This document shows, piece by piece, positions 49,262 through 58,093 of a stretch of DNA of 64,000 nucleotides. How positions within the stretch are numbered: the stretch's first letter is position 1; each line of letters opens with the position of its first letter. The notes beneath the pieces are model-generated. The model was given only the letters and a program-made list of their open reading frames with translations, did not search any database and was not told the DNA's origin. Origin of the DNA: Nostoc sp. (lineage in GTDB: Bacteria > Cyanobacteriota > Cyanobacteriia > Cyanobacteriales > Nostocaceae); assembly GCF_041747015.1 (NCBI RefSeq), contig NZ_JBGTFY010000387.1:3167-67166 (forward strand). The letters are read 5' to 3'. Position numbers and translations under genes: made by a program.

Positions 49262-49326
49262 GAATTGGTAGTAAAGTGAAGAATTAACAATATTTAATTA
49301 ACTCCTCACTTTTAACTGTATAATTC

Positions 49327-50271
49327 ATGCGTTACTCTCCTAAAAGTCGGTTTCAAGGTACTTTCCTGGGAGCATTCCTGGGGGGGAGTTCAGCCTCTGG
49401 CGGTGAAATACAGTCTCAGAATTACCTAGATTTTGGCAGAATGGCGGTTCTAGGGACTGAGAGTTTAATTGCGTTGGGTCGATTAGATATAGATGATTGG
49501 ATAGCGCGTCAGCAACAAGAATCTCTTCATTCAGCCGCAACTGATGACATATCGATTAAAATAATTATTGCCACACTACCAGTAGCGCTCTTTTTTCACG
49601 AAAATCCAATTAAGCTCCGACAAAACTTGCTGCATATCCTAAAAATTTGGGAGAATGACCCAGTGGTAAGGGATGCAACACTAGCAGTAGGATATGCGAT
49701 CGCTCTTGCCTTAACTGAAAAACTCGACCCCCTAACTCTCATCCCGCAAATAATTTCTTTTATCGGAGAAACACCGACATCAATACCAAAAAAATTATTA
49801 AAAGTCCAAAATTTATTAGAGCAAGGGGCTGGATTAGAAAAGGTGCAAGCTGAGTTTGGTAGGGAAGAAAAACTCAGTAATATTATTCCTATGGCATTTT
49901 TCTGCTTTTTGAGTACCTTGGAAGACTTTCGCCTTGCAGTTTTGCGGGCTACTTACAATGGCAATTTTAAAGTGCAAGGTGCTACGTCTGTAAGCTCCCA
50001 GGCTACAGGTGCAATTACTGGTGCTTTATCAGGAGCATATAATAGTACAAGCGGAATTCCCTTAAATTGGCGAGTCTTGCTCTTACAGAGAAGTTCTCCA
50101 GTATGGGGACTAACTAGCTTTTCCCAAATGTTAAAATTGGTCGATGCGTTTGTGGCAGTATGGTCAGGAGTGTATGACCTTGCCCTAAATCCAAGGGAGT
50201 TAACAGAGGAGGGATGTGAAGTAGCTCCGCTTTCAGTTTACGCGGCTCCTCGCGTTATTCGATCGCGTTAA
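49327..50271 (+). CDS. ADP-ribosylglycohydrolase-like protein, probably catalytically degenerate
   Basis: ARH-like ends (FLGAFLGGSSASGGE and SSQATGAITGALSGAYNSTSGIPLNW), but the metal-binding GDALG and DTDT acidic residues appear to be replaced. Confidence 0.5.
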   Translation: MRYSPKSRFQGTFLGAFLGGSSASGGEIQSQNYLDFGRMAVLGTESLIALGRLDIDDWIARQQQESLHSAATDDISIKIIIATLPVALFFHENPIKLRQNLLHILKIWENDPVVRDATLAVGYAIALALTEKLDPLTLIPQIISFIGETPTSIPKKLLKVQNLLEQGAGLEKVQAEFGREEKLSNIIPMAFFCFLSTLEDFRLAVLRATYNGNFKVQGATSVSSQATGAITGALSGAYNSTSGIPLNWRVLLLQRSSPVWGLTSFSQMLKLVDAFVAVWSGVYDLALNPRELTEEGCEVAPLSVYAAPRVIRSR

Positions 50272-50359
50272 TAATAATTACGAATTACGAATTAACTCTC
50301 ACCATCGTAGTCGCAATAGCAGCAGCCACAGATAAAACTTCCCTGATGATTGTCTTGTT

Positions 50360-53128
50360 TTGAGCGATCAAAGTCAGCAATTGCAGGCAAAGATAATGAA
50401 AATGCAGCAATTTTTGCAGTTCTTGACTAAGCAATTGACTCACTGGCGGCGAGGGTACAAAGGACTACGCCGTAAGGAAAAGTTAATCAGAAGTCCCAAA
50501 GGTAAGAGCCATATAAGGGAACTTCTAAGGACTATCCTCAAGAATGTACTTCTGTTTTTATCAAAAACTAATGACAAAAGCGAGCGCCGAAAACAAGAGA
50601 GAGCGCTAAATTTAAAGGCAAAATCGGTCAAAACTAAGAGTAATATTTATAGAGTCGGTTTACACTGGGTACATGAACAGCGTTCCTCGGTGATTTTGGC
50701 GATCGCTGTAGTGTCTTTTACAGTTATTGCTGGCCATAAATTATACAATCAAACTCAACTTCAAGTAGGAAATCCCGCGCCCCAGACAATTACAGCGCCT
50801 TACACAGCTAGCATCGAAGATCAGAAAAAAACAGAAGCCGAGCGCAAAGCCGTCAGTAATAGCTCCTTGCAAATATTGATGATTAATGCGCGAATGAACG
50901 AACAAATCAACAAAGATTTGCAACAACTTCTGGATGCTGGCAACGAAATTCGCGCCGTTGCTGGAGCTTTTCCTTTTTTTAATTCTGTGGTTTTGTCCAT
51001 GTCTACCCAGCGTTACCTCCGCTATTGTCTTGACTCAGAATGGCAAGGACTGCTAGTAGCTGTAGAAAATGGGAGAAATCAGCAGAAAAAAGCAGCAGGA
51101 CAAACCGCAGCTTCATCCCATCGATCATCGATAGCTGCACCTAATCAAGTACGCCAGAGGCGGACAATACCTTCTAAATCTGATTCCCAGAGTCCGCAGG
51201 TAACGCTACAGCAGCCAGAGCCAGTTGATTTCTCTCAAAACACTGACTTTACTCAAGCAGTAGCAGAACTACAATCTTACCGCGCCACAACTTCTGAGAA
51301 AAACTTGTCCTTACTGATTGCCCAAATTTCCCAAGCACGGCAAAGATACAACCAAGCCACCGCCAAACTTTTACAGTTAGAGACTGTTAGCCCAGAAGTA
51401 GTATACGAGGAATCTCTTCTTTTGGATTTGTCAGATGTGGACTGGGAAAAAACACAAGTGGGAATCTATCGGAGTACAGAGCGGATTCTCACCCAAGGCA
51501 TCCCAGAGGGACTGCCAGAAAATATCTTAGAAGCTGCGGTGAGCTTACAATTGCAAACCTTTGTACCAGAAGAGGCCGAACCTTTAGCAAAGAACCTTTT
51601 GTTAGCTGTACTCAAGCCGAATCTGCAAAAAGATAAAGAACAAACGAGACAAAACGCTCAAAAGGCTGCTGCTGGGGTGCCCCCGGTAATGGTGAAGGTA
51701 CAGCGTGGTGAGGTGATTGTTAAAAAAGGAAGGCAGATTACTGCATGGAACTTAGAGGTGCTGGAGCATTATCACCTGATTCGCCGAGAGGTAAAATGGC
51801 AGGGTTTGGCGAAGTTAGGAGGCGTTATTGCGATCGCCATTGGCATTTTTGTCTGGGTAGAACGCCATGTCAATTGCGAATTGCGGCAACGCGATCGCCT
51901 TTTAGTGTTATTGCTGACTCTAAGTGTGCCAGGAGTAATCACGATCGGATTGCCCTATACTACCTGGAGTGCCCTTGGTTTATTGTTAGGAAGCTTTTAC
52001 GGCCCAACTTTGGGAGTGACAGTTATAGGATTACTGTCGCCGATATTAGGAATTAGCTTAGATATAAGCAAGGCTACGCTTTTAGCTGGTGCAGGGGGTG
52101 GAATATTAGGCAGTTACATAGCACAACGATTGCGATCGCGTGAAGAATTGGCATTATTAGGTGTGGCGATCGCTTTAACTCAGGGCGGCATTTATCTGGT
52201 TGTTAAAGTCTTAATTGGTCAGGCATTTGGTTCAACCTGGTATATTGTCTTTCGAGAAGCCGGATTCTTGGCTTTATCAGGCTTAGGCTGGAGTGTTGTA
52301 GCCTTGGGCTTGAGTCCTTATCTAGAAAAACTTTTTGATTTAGTTACCCCAATCCGTTTAGCAGAACTGGCAAACCCTAACCGCCCTTTATTAAAACGAC
52401 TCGCTACTGAGACTCCTGGAACTTTTCAACATACGCTGTTTGTGGCTACTCTTGCCGAAGCTGCTGCCAAACAACTAGGATGCAATGTTGAATTAGTTAG
52501 GGCTGGTACATTATATCACGATATTGGCAAAATGCACGACCCCCTTAGCTTTATTGAAAATCAAATGGGTGGGCCGAATAAACATGATACCGAGATTAAA
52601 GACCCTTGGAAGAGTGCAGAAATTATTAAAAAGCACGTAACTGAAGGGTTGGTGATGGCGCGTAAACACCTTTTGCCGACAGCAATTCAAGCTTTTATTC
52701 CAGAGCATCAAGGAACGATGCTGATTGCCTATTTCCATCACCAAGCCCAGCAAATGGCTCAGGAAAATCCAAGTTTAACAGTAGATGACGCAGATTTTCG
52801 CTACGATGGACCAATTCCCCAATCACGGGAAACCGGAATTGTCATGTTAGCAGATTCTTGCGAGGCAGCGCTGCGATCGCTCGAAGCATCAGCGAAATAT
52901 GGGGGAGAGAAGCGATCGCTTAAAGATGTCTCCAGCGAACAAGCTTTAACAATGCTGAATAATATTCTGCGTGCCAAATGGCAAGATAATCAACTCGTAG
53001 ATTCAGGACTAACACGAGAGGAAATGTCACAAATCGCTCAGATATTTGTGGATGTTTGGCAGCAATTTCATCACAAACGGATTGCTTATCCAAAGTTGAA
53101 GGCTAGTAGTGCTGCACGGAATTCGTAA
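50360..53128 (+). CDS. 7TM receptor with intracellular HD hydrolase (PgpH-like HD-domain phosphohydrolase)
   Basis: Large extracytoplasmic N-terminal region, a 7-TM block, then an HD domain (HTLFVATLAE...LYHDIGK...). The start is uncertain (TTG 50360 or ATG 50396). Confidence 0.8.
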   Translation: MSDQSQQLQAKIMKMQQFLQFLTKQLTHWRRGYKGLRRKEKLIRSPKGKSHIRELLRTILKNVLLFLSKTNDKSERRKQERALNLKAKSVKTKSNIYRVGLHWVHEQRSSVILAIAVVSFTVIAGHKLYNQTQLQVGNPAPQTITAPYTASIEDQKKTEAERKAVSNSSLQILMINARMNEQINKDLQQLLDAGNEIRAVAGAFPFFNSVVLSMSTQRYLRYCLDSEWQGLLVAVENGRNQQKKAAGQTAASSHRSSIAAPNQVRQRRTIPSKSDSQSPQVTLQQPEPVDFSQNTDFTQAVAELQSYRATTSEKNLSLLIAQISQARQRYNQATAKLLQLETVSPEVVYEESLLLDLSDVDWEKTQVGIYRSTERILTQGIPEGLPENILEAAVSLQLQTFVPEEAEPLAKNLLLAVLKPNLQKDKEQTRQNAQKAAAGVPPVMVKVQRGEVIVKKGRQITAWNLEVLEHYHLIRREVKWQGLAKLGGVIAIAIGIFVWVERHVNCELRQRDRLLVLLLTLSVPGVITIGLPYTTWSALGLLLGSFYGPTLGVTVIGLLSPILGISLDISKATLLAGAGGGILGSYIAQRLRSREELALLGVAIALTQGGIYLVVKVLIGQAFGSTWYIVFREAGFLALSGLGWSVVALGLSPYLEKLFDLVTPIRLAELANPNRPLLKRLATETPGTFQHTLFVATLAEAAAKQLGCNVELVRAGTLYHDIGKMHDPLSFIENQMGGPNKHDTEIKDPWKSAEIIKKHVTEGLVMARKHLLPTAIQAFIPEHQGTMLIAYFHHQAQQMAQENPSLTVDDADFRYDGPIPQSRETGIVMLADSCEAALRSLEASAKYGGEKRSLKDVSSEQALTMLNNILRAKWQDNQLVDSGLTREEMSQIAQIFVDVWQQFHHKRIAYPKLKASSAARNS

Positions 53129-53356
53129 TTATGCTAAGTATCCAAATAAACTAATATTCAGGATTCAGCCAAGGCAGATTAAGAAAAATTAATGGTAAAT
53201 GCAATCTCTTCATAAGTGTGATCGCCTAATCTCATTGCGCGATTGTAGCTAATAAATTTATTAGTACACGATTTTCGTGTTTTGGCACGGTGATCCATGA
53301 TACGATTGCTTTATTTAAATTTTCTGTAAAATACTTGCTCAATTGATGTCACGTTT

Positions 53357-54193
53357 ATGAGTAACCCAGATTACCGCATTCCTGATGATATGGCAGTTGA
53401 GGTGTTAGCTGAAGCTGCTCGCTTATATGCTGAAGCCAGTAAAGGTTTCTCATTTGCAGATTTACAACAAGCGTGTTCAGAGGCACAAATTCCTCCACAT
53501 ACTATTAGACAAGCCATCAAAAATGTTGAAGATAAAAGGTTGCGCGAGCAAACAAAACGGCAGCAGTTCCAAGAGTACATTAAGCAACAAGTTAAAAAAG
53601 GCATGACTACGGGAATTGCATTTCTGATTCCTGCCCTCGCTATATCCAGTATTTTTATCTTTCAATCACAGTTAAAGCCAGTTCTATCTAAACTTTTATC
53701 CTCTTTTAAACCTGATCAACAGCAGTCAAATGCTTCATTGAAAACTCTTACAATTGAACGAGGCAAGTTAAAGTACTTTACTGATCCAAAGGGGCTTTCG
53801 ATAGCTATTAGTGATGTAAGCTTGTACGAGCCTGTAAACGGTACAATTGGCACAGATGGTTATGAAAGTCTGAATATCACAAACACAGAGTGTAAAGCTC
53901 CTCCCCTTGATCGCAGCAGTCTAGAATCTTATGAATACGAACGTTGTCAGAATAGTGGCGGGAAAGTAGGGCAATTCTACAACTATAAGGGAATCTATAA
54001 TTATCGAATCAAAATTATCGAAATCAATCGAGATAGTGCTACATTTCAAATTGATCAGCAAGGACAGGAATCTCAGAGTGCAGTAAAGCGACTTGAGGAA
54101 AAAATTGAACAGCTTCAAAAACAGGGCAAAGAACTTAAAGGCAAGATAAACGAGCTTCAAATAGAGAATGCTGTTAACAAGCAAAATCTTTAG
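53357..54193 (+). CDS. Hypothetical membrane-anchored protein with a C-terminal coiled coil
   Basis: 278-aa ORF with one TM segment (GIAFLIPALAISSIFIF) and a heptad-like tail. Confidence 0.5.
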   Translation: MSNPDYRIPDDMAVEVLAEAARLYAEASKGFSFADLQQACSEAQIPPHTIRQAIKNVEDKRLREQTKRQQFQEYIKQQVKKGMTTGIAFLIPALAISSIFIFQSQLKPVLSKLLSSFKPDQQQSNASLKTLTIERGKLKYFTDPKGLSIAISDVSLYEPVNGTIGTDGYESLNITNTECKAPPLDRSSLESYEYERCQNSGGKVGQFYNYKGIYNYRIKIIEINRDSATFQIDQQGQESQSAVKRLEEKIEQLQKQGKELKGKINELQIENAVNKQNL

Positions 54194-54442
54194 GGGCGAG
54201 ATAAAGTAATTGAAAGATTACAGCAAGAAAACAGCAACTAAGTTATCCAGTATTAGCTACTATAAATCTTGTGGTGACTTATTTGCTATTTTGATACTGC
54301 AAGCATTTCTTACTTTTTACTTGTTAATAATTTTCCCTTTTGATCTTCCGATAATCTCAAGACTTATTTAATCCTGGCTAACTCGACACACTAAGTTTAG
54401 TGCGATCGCTTAATATCGAAGTAAAGAGTAGCAAACAGTTTT

Positions 54443-54775
54443 ATGACAGCAGCACTGAAGAGAGCAAAGCCATATATCGAACAACGAGATGGAGGATATT
54501 GGATCGAAGGCATTCGGATCACTCTCGATTCAGTTGTATATGCCTTTTTGAATGGTGAGTCTCCTGAAAGCATTACCCAAAACTTTCCATTACTCTCGCT
54601 TGAGCAAGTTTATGGTGCTATTACCTTTTATCTTGCCAACCGAGAGCTAATTGATGCGTATTTAAAAGAAGGTGAAAAAGAGTTTGAGAAATTGCAACAG
54701 TCCCTTAGAGAGAAAAATCCGCTAATGTATCAAAAGTTAAAAACTGCTCAAATACAGAAGCACAGCCAGGTATGA
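54443..54775 (+). CDS. DUF433 antitoxin-like protein
   Basis: GGYWIEGIRITLDSVVYAFLNGESPESITQNFPLLSLEQVYGAITFY matches the DUF433 pattern. Its stop overlaps the next ORF's start (ATGA). Confidence 0.7.
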   Translation: MTAALKRAKPYIEQRDGGYWIEGIRITLDSVVYAFLNGESPESITQNFPLLSLEQVYGAITFYLANRELIDAYLKEGEKEFEKLQQSLREKNPLMYQKLKTAQIQKHSQV

Positions 54776-54918
54776 CGACAGTTCGATTTCAAGCAGATGC
54801 TGACCTACGCCAAGCGATTGTAACTGGTACGATACGTAGACAACCAAATCGTGATTTTAAATCAGCTTATACAGCATTGCTCGAAGGTAAGAAAGATTCA
54901 GAGGTATTGGCGATCGCC
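54772..54918 (+). pseudogene. DUF5615 (PIN-like toxin partner of DUF433), truncated after about 49 codons
   Basis: MTTVRFQADADLRQAIVTGTIRRQPNRDFKSAYTALLEGKKDSEVLAIA matches the DUF5615 N-terminal half. Homology stops at the HIP1 site 54910-54917. The rest of the tracked ORF is antisense to the converging gene. Confidence 0.65.
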
Positions 54919-55320
54919 TTTTGTCCCATTCAGTCGAGATGCTTCAGATTTTGCAAAAGAAGTGGAACTTTCATCTTTTCTAGCAAGTTCAGCCATCCAT
55001 TTTTTAGTTCCAAATATTCCGTTCATCAAAGCAGGAATACTCAAATCTACATCTAGGGTTTTCCAATGTAATCCTTCACCAGAAGGTGTTACTTCTACTT
55101 CTGCTAAGTCCTTAATCGAAGCATCCGCTAGTCCTTGTCCTACCTCTGAAGGGAACCCAAACATACATTTATTGGACAAGAAAACTATAATCATTCCTAA
55201 ATAAGGGTCATAAAAAGCACGAGTAGCCCGTGGTTCAGATGTGGCGGTAGTATCTGAGTTTGCTCTGGCATTGGCTAGCTTCTCTTTTAATTCTTCTGTA
55301 GCAGCAATCTTCTTAACCAT
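54898..55320 (-). CDS. DUF2442-like protein
   Basis: The core ...FPSEVGQGLADASIKDLAEVEVTPSGEGLHWKTLDVDLSIPALMNG matches DUF2442. The tail ...SRLNGTKGDRQYL* ends just across the HIP1 junction. Confidence 0.65.
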   Translation of the reverse strand: MVKKIAATEELKEKLANARANSDTTATSEPRATRAFYDPYLGMIIVFLSNKCMFGFPSEVGQGLADASIKDLAEVEVTPSGEGLHWKTLDVDLSIPALMNGIFGTKKWMAELARKDESSTSFAKSEASRLNGTKGDRQYL

Positions 55321-55558
55321 GATATTCTCGCCACTTTTTTAGTAGTTCCAATTGGTGATCTGCAACTAACTGTAAGGCTTTCACCGCATCTTTATCACTC
55401 ATGCCTGGGGATACCGAAACCCACTCTGGAGCTAGGTTTTCATCTCCTATGTTAATTTTTGCCTCTCCGCCCCCCTTAAAAACATGGACATGAGCAGGAA
55501 TATGATCGTTAAGGTAGATACGAACCTCGAAACCGCCTTTTCTTAAAATTGTTGGCAT
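55313..55558 (-). CDS. DUF4160 protein
   Basis: GFEVRIYLNDHIPAHVHVFKGGGEAKI matches DUF4160. It overlaps the downstream DUF2442 gene by 8 nt. Confidence 0.75.
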   Translation of the reverse strand: MPTILRKGGFEVRIYLNDHIPAHVHVFKGGGEAKINIGDENLAPEWVSVSPGMSDKDAVKALQLVADHQLELLKKWREYHG

Positions 55559-55890
55559 TTGATATCTTAATTTTATCAGATATGACCTAAGCGCTTGGGT
55601 TTATCAAGTGACACTCAAGTTTCTTCTAGGTAACACCAAGGAGTAATATTAACAATACAAAGGGTTAGATTTTAACTACAGGTAATTAGAATAGAAAGTA
55701 AAACCACCGATGCATTAGTACGCGCCTACTTATCTCTCCAGCAAATTATTGGTGAGTTGTATACAGAAGCAGACAACGCCGTTGCAGAGGGAAATTATAA
55801 TGATGCTAGCCGGCTTACTAGCCAAGCAGATAGGCTTTACCAGGCAGCAGAAAACTTGGAAACAGTGATTGCAGAGAATGAGGAATAAGC

Positions 55891-56085
55891 ATGAGTGACC
55901 TACAATCCCAAATTAGACTAGAATCACAACAAACTGCCAAACTGAGCCAAGAAGCACTGACTGCCTTTGCTGCTCAAAACTTTACTCAAGGTAAAGCATT
56001 AATGAAAAAAGCTGTAGAGGCGGGGAGGAGATGTCAAAACCTGATTCAGCAGTATAGCCAGTTAAACATTAAGACAACTCTTTAA
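55891..56085 (+). CDS. Small hypothetical helical protein
   Basis: 64-aa ORF. It is preceded by a similar-looking start-less frame (about 55700-55888). Confidence 0.3.
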   Translation: MSDLQSQIRLESQQTAKLSQEALTAFAAQNFTQGKALMKKAVEAGRRCQNLIQQYSQLNIKTTL

Positions 56086-56149
56086 AAACCTTTGTTGCGC
56101 GACGCCCAAATGCTAAAAACCGCGATCGCAGTTTCCCAATATTCAACCC

Positions 56150-56806
56150 CTAATTCTCAGTACGTCGCACACCAGCCAAAATAAAATTAACTGCTGCTTG
56201 AGTATGCTGCTCAATCATTTCTGGACTCAGTAGTTGCAAATCGGGTCTAGTATGCTTAATGTTTTCGTAAGCGTTGAAGTACATATTACAAACCCCAATA
56301 ATATGCAGAGTGGTGAGAAATGGATCGATCGCACGGAAACAACCTTCCGCCATTCCCCGCTCTAAAATCTTGATGAGATAGCTAAAATTTTCTTGCCAAT
56401 TTCCCTCTTTAAAATACTTTCCCTGATTTTGGTTTGCTTCTTGAAACCAAAGCATTCCTCTGTGTGGATGAGCAGCTTCATAAGCGATCGCTTCTTTGAC
56501 AAGCACCTTCAACGCTTCCTCTGGTGGAAACTGATCCAGATTTAGCTGCTCAAAGCCTTCGTGCATCTCCACCGCCGGACGTTGCAAAACAGCTTGATAT
56601 AATCCTTCTTTGCTCTGGAAGTAGTAGTAAATCATCGCTGTGGTGACACCTGCACCTCTAGCGATCGCTTCTGTCCGCGCCCCACTGAGTCCGTTTCTGG
56701 CAAACTCCGCTTCCGCCGCATCGAGAATCTGCCTTTTCGTCGCCTCTGCATCGCGCACCTGACGCGGCTTTTTAGATGAGAATTTTGACTGCGTTGAACG
56801 ACCCAC
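56150..56806 (-). CDS. TetR/AcrR-family transcriptional regulator
   Basis: N-terminal HTH ILDAAEAEFARNGLSGARTEAIARGAGVTTAMIYYYFQSKEGLY. Confidence 0.9.
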   Translation of the reverse strand: MGRSTQSKFSSKKPRQVRDAEATKRQILDAAEAEFARNGLSGARTEAIARGAGVTTAMIYYYFQSKEGLYQAVLQRPAVEMHEGFEQLNLDQFPPEEALKVLVKEAIAYEAAHPHRGMLWFQEANQNQGKYFKEGNWQENFSYLIKILERGMAEGCFRAIDPFLTTLHIIGVCNMYFNAYENIKHTRPDLQLLSPEMIEQHTQAAVNFILAGVRRTEN

Positions 56807-56834
56807 ATTGCTCCATCATCATAACGAAAATATA

Positions 56835-56918
56835 TTAACTAAAAAATCGGTTAGTAGTTGACATAGAAGATGAAATTTATTAAATTAATACTAACTAATT
56901 TTTTAGTTAGTTGACTTT
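56835..56918. promoter_or_regulatory. Candidate TetR operator/promoter region: inverted 22-nt arms, each followed by TTAGTnAGTTGAC
   Basis: ttaactaaaaaatcggttagta (56835-56856) against tactaactaattttttagttag (56889-56910). ttagtagttgaca and ttagttagttgact are direct repeats carrying TTGAC -35-like hexamers. Confidence 0.45.
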
Positions 56919-57063
56919 CAGCATAATTAAATATTCCTAGCGATTAGAAATCGGGGCTATATGAATGGAGGCACGTCCGGCATTTTTGCTTGGGATATTA
57001 CCTATTTTACTAACGCATTTACAGAACTTTAGATAAATAACTTCTCAAGATTTTGGAGGAAAC

Positions 57064-58017
57064 ATGAAACCAATTTTACATGGTGCGCCTTGGTTAATCG
57101 CGCATAAATCTGTATTGGGAGTTAATAAACCTAATAAAATCACATTAAATGGACAGGATTATGTCATTTGGCAAAATAAAAAAGGTGAAGTGTTTGCCCT
57201 TGATAACATCTGTCCACATATGCAAGCACCCTTATCAGATGGCTGGGTTTGTGAAGACAGAGATACTATTACTTGTCCTTTTCATGCACTAGAATTTGAT
57301 GGACAAGGCAGACTACAGCAAGGAGAAAAAAAGGACACTCAGCCAAGTACTAAACCATTAGAGCTAATTATTAGCAATGATTGTATCTGGACTTATGCCG
57401 GATTTGAGCCAAGATTATCCATCCCAGATTTGCATCAGAGAATTGTAGATGAATACGAGTTCATCGGAGTAACTGGGGACAAAAGTATTCAAGGAGACTT
57501 TTTGACTAACCTGATGGTTAACTATGACTATAACCATCAAAATGGTACTCATAAAGAACTATTTAAAATTACATCTTGTCATGTCAGTTATTTTGAAGAA
57601 AAAGGATATTATGCCACAGTCAAACAAGAACTGACGAGAGCCAACAACACGTTAGGAGAAATTATCAAAAATCCTATTTTGGGAATCTTCCCTAAAACGT
57701 TGGCTAATACACTCGAATATGCTTTCCCTTCAACTACAGCTTTTTTTGCCAAAACGCCTATTGGTGATATAGCTCAAATTCATATTCTCTACCCGGAAAC
57801 TGAAAAAATCACCAAAACTTTTATTTTGATGTATGCCAAGTTCAAAAATTCTTTGATGAAATTTATGTTTAAAAACTCAGTTTTACAAGCAGCAGCCACA
57901 GTTATTGAACAGGATACAAGTGCAGTTGAAAGTTTGTATCCTCGGCAAAAACCAAAAATTAGATTGCCAAATGAAGAGATTATGTTTTACGCCGAAAAAT
58001 TATACTGTGATTGGTAA
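57064..58017 (+). CDS. Rieske [2Fe-2S] non-heme iron oxygenase (PaO/Tic55-like)
   Basis: Rieske motif CPHMQAPL...CPFHALEF and the mononuclear iron motif DYNHQNGTH (DxxHxxxxH). Confidence 0.8.
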   Translation: MKPILHGAPWLIAHKSVLGVNKPNKITLNGQDYVIWQNKKGEVFALDNICPHMQAPLSDGWVCEDRDTITCPFHALEFDGQGRLQQGEKKDTQPSTKPLELIISNDCIWTYAGFEPRLSIPDLHQRIVDEYEFIGVTGDKSIQGDFLTNLMVNYDYNHQNGTHKELFKITSCHVSYFEEKGYYATVKQELTRANNTLGEIIKNPILGIFPKTLANTLEYAFPSTTAFFAKTPIGDIAQIHILYPETEKITKTFILMYAKFKNSLMKFMFKNSVLQAAATVIEQDTSAVESLYPRQKPKIRLPNEEIMFYAEKLYCDW

Positions 58018-58093
58018 TTTGGATTTACAAAGCCTAACTGCGCTTTACAATTAAGTGGACACTGTAGCTAATTACTGCTGGAGGTACTCAAAT

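Noticed and set aside
54851-55204. 117-aa plus-strand ORF, and the 3' two-thirds of the 94-aa ORF 54772-55056.
   Set aside because: Both are antisense to the DUF2442-like gene. Only the first ~49 codons of the 94-aa ORF carry DUF5615 homology.
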